Source: Caulobacteraceae bacterium
GTDB taxonomy: Bacteria; Pseudomonadota; Alphaproteobacteria; Caulobacterales; Caulobacteraceae
Direction of reading: 5' to 3'
Assembly (NCBI GenBank): GCA_019247715.1
Contig: JAFBAO010000107.1
Span: 24,377 to 88,376 of the forward strand
DNA length: 64,000 bases
Below, piece by piece: positions 61,573 to 64,000 of the stretch (the stretch's first letter is position 1; every line of letters starts with the position of its first letter). The notes under the pieces were generated by a model. The model had not been told where the DNA came from. It worked only from the letters and a program-made list of their open reading frames with translations, and did not search any database. The translations under genes and the position numbers were made by a program.

Positions 61573-62724
61573 TCAGCCGTCGGCGCGCACGATCCCGTCC
61601 CAGAAGCGGCGCGCCTTCTGGAAGAAGGTGGCGGTGCGCGGATGCTGTTGCTCGCCGCAGAGGCCGGCGAACTCGCGCAGCAGCTCCTTCTGCCGGGCGG
61701 TGAGCTTGGCGGGCGTCTCGATGAAGAGCTCGACCACCAGGTCGCCCCGCTCGCGCGAGCGCAGCGAGGGCATGCCTCGGTTCTTCAGGCGCACCGTGCG
61801 GCCGGTCTGTGCGCCTTCGGGGACCTTGACGGTGATCTTGGAGTTCCCGTCGCAATTCTCGCCGCCCAGCAGGCAGGGCGCCTCCACCTCGCCGCCCAGG
61901 GCGGCGATGGCCATGGGCACCGGGACCGAGCAGAGCAGGTCGAGCCCGTCGCGCTCGAAAAGCTCATGCGGCTGGACCGAAAGGAAGATGTAGAGGTCGC
62001 CGCGCGGGCCGCCGCGCTGGCCTGCGTCCCCCTCGCCGGCCAGGCGGATGTTGGTGCCGTCGTCGACACCCGCCGGGATCCGGACCTGCAAGGTCCGCTC
62101 GCGCCTCAGCTGGCCCACCCCGCGGCAGCCCTTGCAGGGATCGAGCACCAGGCGCCCGGCGCCGCCGCAGCGCGGGCAGGTCCGCTCGATGGTGAAGAAG
62201 CCCTGGGTGGCGCGGACCCGGCCCATTCCGCCACAGCTGCCGCACGCGGTGGGCTGGCTGCCCGGCGAGCAGCCCGATCCGCTGCAGTCCTCGCAGGTCA
62301 GCGCGGCCGGAACCTTGATCTCGACCTCGGACCCCGCGTAGGCCTGCTCGAGGCTGATCTCGAGGTCGTAGCGGAGGTCGCCGCCGCGGGTGGGGCCTTG
62401 GGGGCGTCGCTGGCCCCGGCCGAACATGTCCCCGAAGGCGTCGCCGAACACCTCGTTGAAGATGTCGCGCACGTCGCTGAAGCCCGCCCCCGCCCCGTTC
62501 ATCCCGTTGACGCCCGCGTGCCCGAAACGGTCGTAGGCGGCCCGTTTCTGCGGATCGGACAGGATCGAGTAGGCCTCGTTGATCTCCTTGAACCGGCCAG
62601 CCGCCTCCTCGCAGCCGTCGTTCCGGTCGGGGTGGTGCTCCATGGCCAATTTGCGAAAGGCGGATTTCAGCTCCGCTCCGTCCGCCGCTCGGCCCACTCC
62701 CAGGATTTCATAGTAATCGCGCAT
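61573..62724 (-). CDS. dnaJ: Chaperone DnaJ
   Basis: J domain with HPD, G/F region, four CxxCxGxG repeats. Confidence 0.97.
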   Translation of the reverse strand: MRDYYEILGVGRAADGAELKSAFRKLAMEHHPDRNDGCEEAAGRFKEINEAYSILSDPQKRAAYDRFGHAGVNGMNGAGAGFSDVRDIFNEVFGDAFGDMFGRGQRRPQGPTRGGDLRYDLEISLEQAYAGSEVEIKVPAALTCEDCSGSGCSPGSQPTACGSCGGMGRVRATQGFFTIERTCPRCGGAGRLVLDPCKGCRGVGQLRRERTLQVRIPAGVDDGTNIRLAGEGDAGQRGGPRGDLYIFLSVQPHELFERDGLDLLCSVPVPMAIAALGGEVEAPCLLGGENCDGNSKITVKVPEGAQTGRTVRLKNRGMPSLRSRERGDLVVELFIETPAKLTARQKELLREFAGLCGEQQHPRTATFFQKARRFWDGIVRADG

Positions 62725-62916
62725 GAAGCGTCAGGTGTTCTGGCGTCTCAGGGTGAAGTGGGAGACCGCCCGCCCCGCCGCAAGACTGTGCGGCGAAGCG
62801 GGCGTCCTTGCCGTCGGAAGGCGGCGGCGACGCGACCCCATGCGCGCTGATCATGCCAAGCAAGCCTCTTGCGCGCCATCAGTCAAACCGTCACGCCCCC
62901 CCTAAAAAACACAGCC

Positions 62917-64000
<1,084 letters not shown>

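Overview
High-GC alphaproteobacterial chromosome segment. Gene content and the dnaJ 'PCLLGGENCDG' insert suggest Caulobacteraceae. Most of it is housekeeping: fabH-plsX, bamE, hppA, thiL-nusB-nrdR, mucR, hemA, hemB, motB, bpt, nusG-secE, tRNA-Trp, tRNA-Lys, tgt-queA, gap-pgk-fba-thiE, purU, mtgA, mutS, dnaJ-dnaK. The standout is a ~12 kb accessory cluster (34.6-46.6 kb) built around a tRNA-independent amino acid:[carrier protein] ligase (seryl-tRNA-synthetase-like, predicted Gly-specific). It also encodes two distinct phosphopantetheine carrier proteins, an acyl-CoA-dehydrogenase-fold protein lacking the canonical catalytic Glu, two adenylate-forming ligases, an SDR, a GNAT-like transferase, two hydrolases and a MetY/MetA pair. 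Its divergent intergenic regions carry paired sigma54 (-24/-12) promoter motifs, so it looks like a co-regulated non-ribosomal pathway with an unknown product. Other notable items are a composite CTAG-bounded double-hairpin element at a stop codon (48.6-48.8 kb), a Kdo hydroxylase (KdoO), a UDP-xylose synthase/ArnT-like pair, a gmd-GT4 islet, SigT/EcfG-type promoters (mucR and a small lipoprotein), and a tRNA-Lys with an unusual acceptor end. All calls come from reading the sequence and recalling family motifs; no searches were run.
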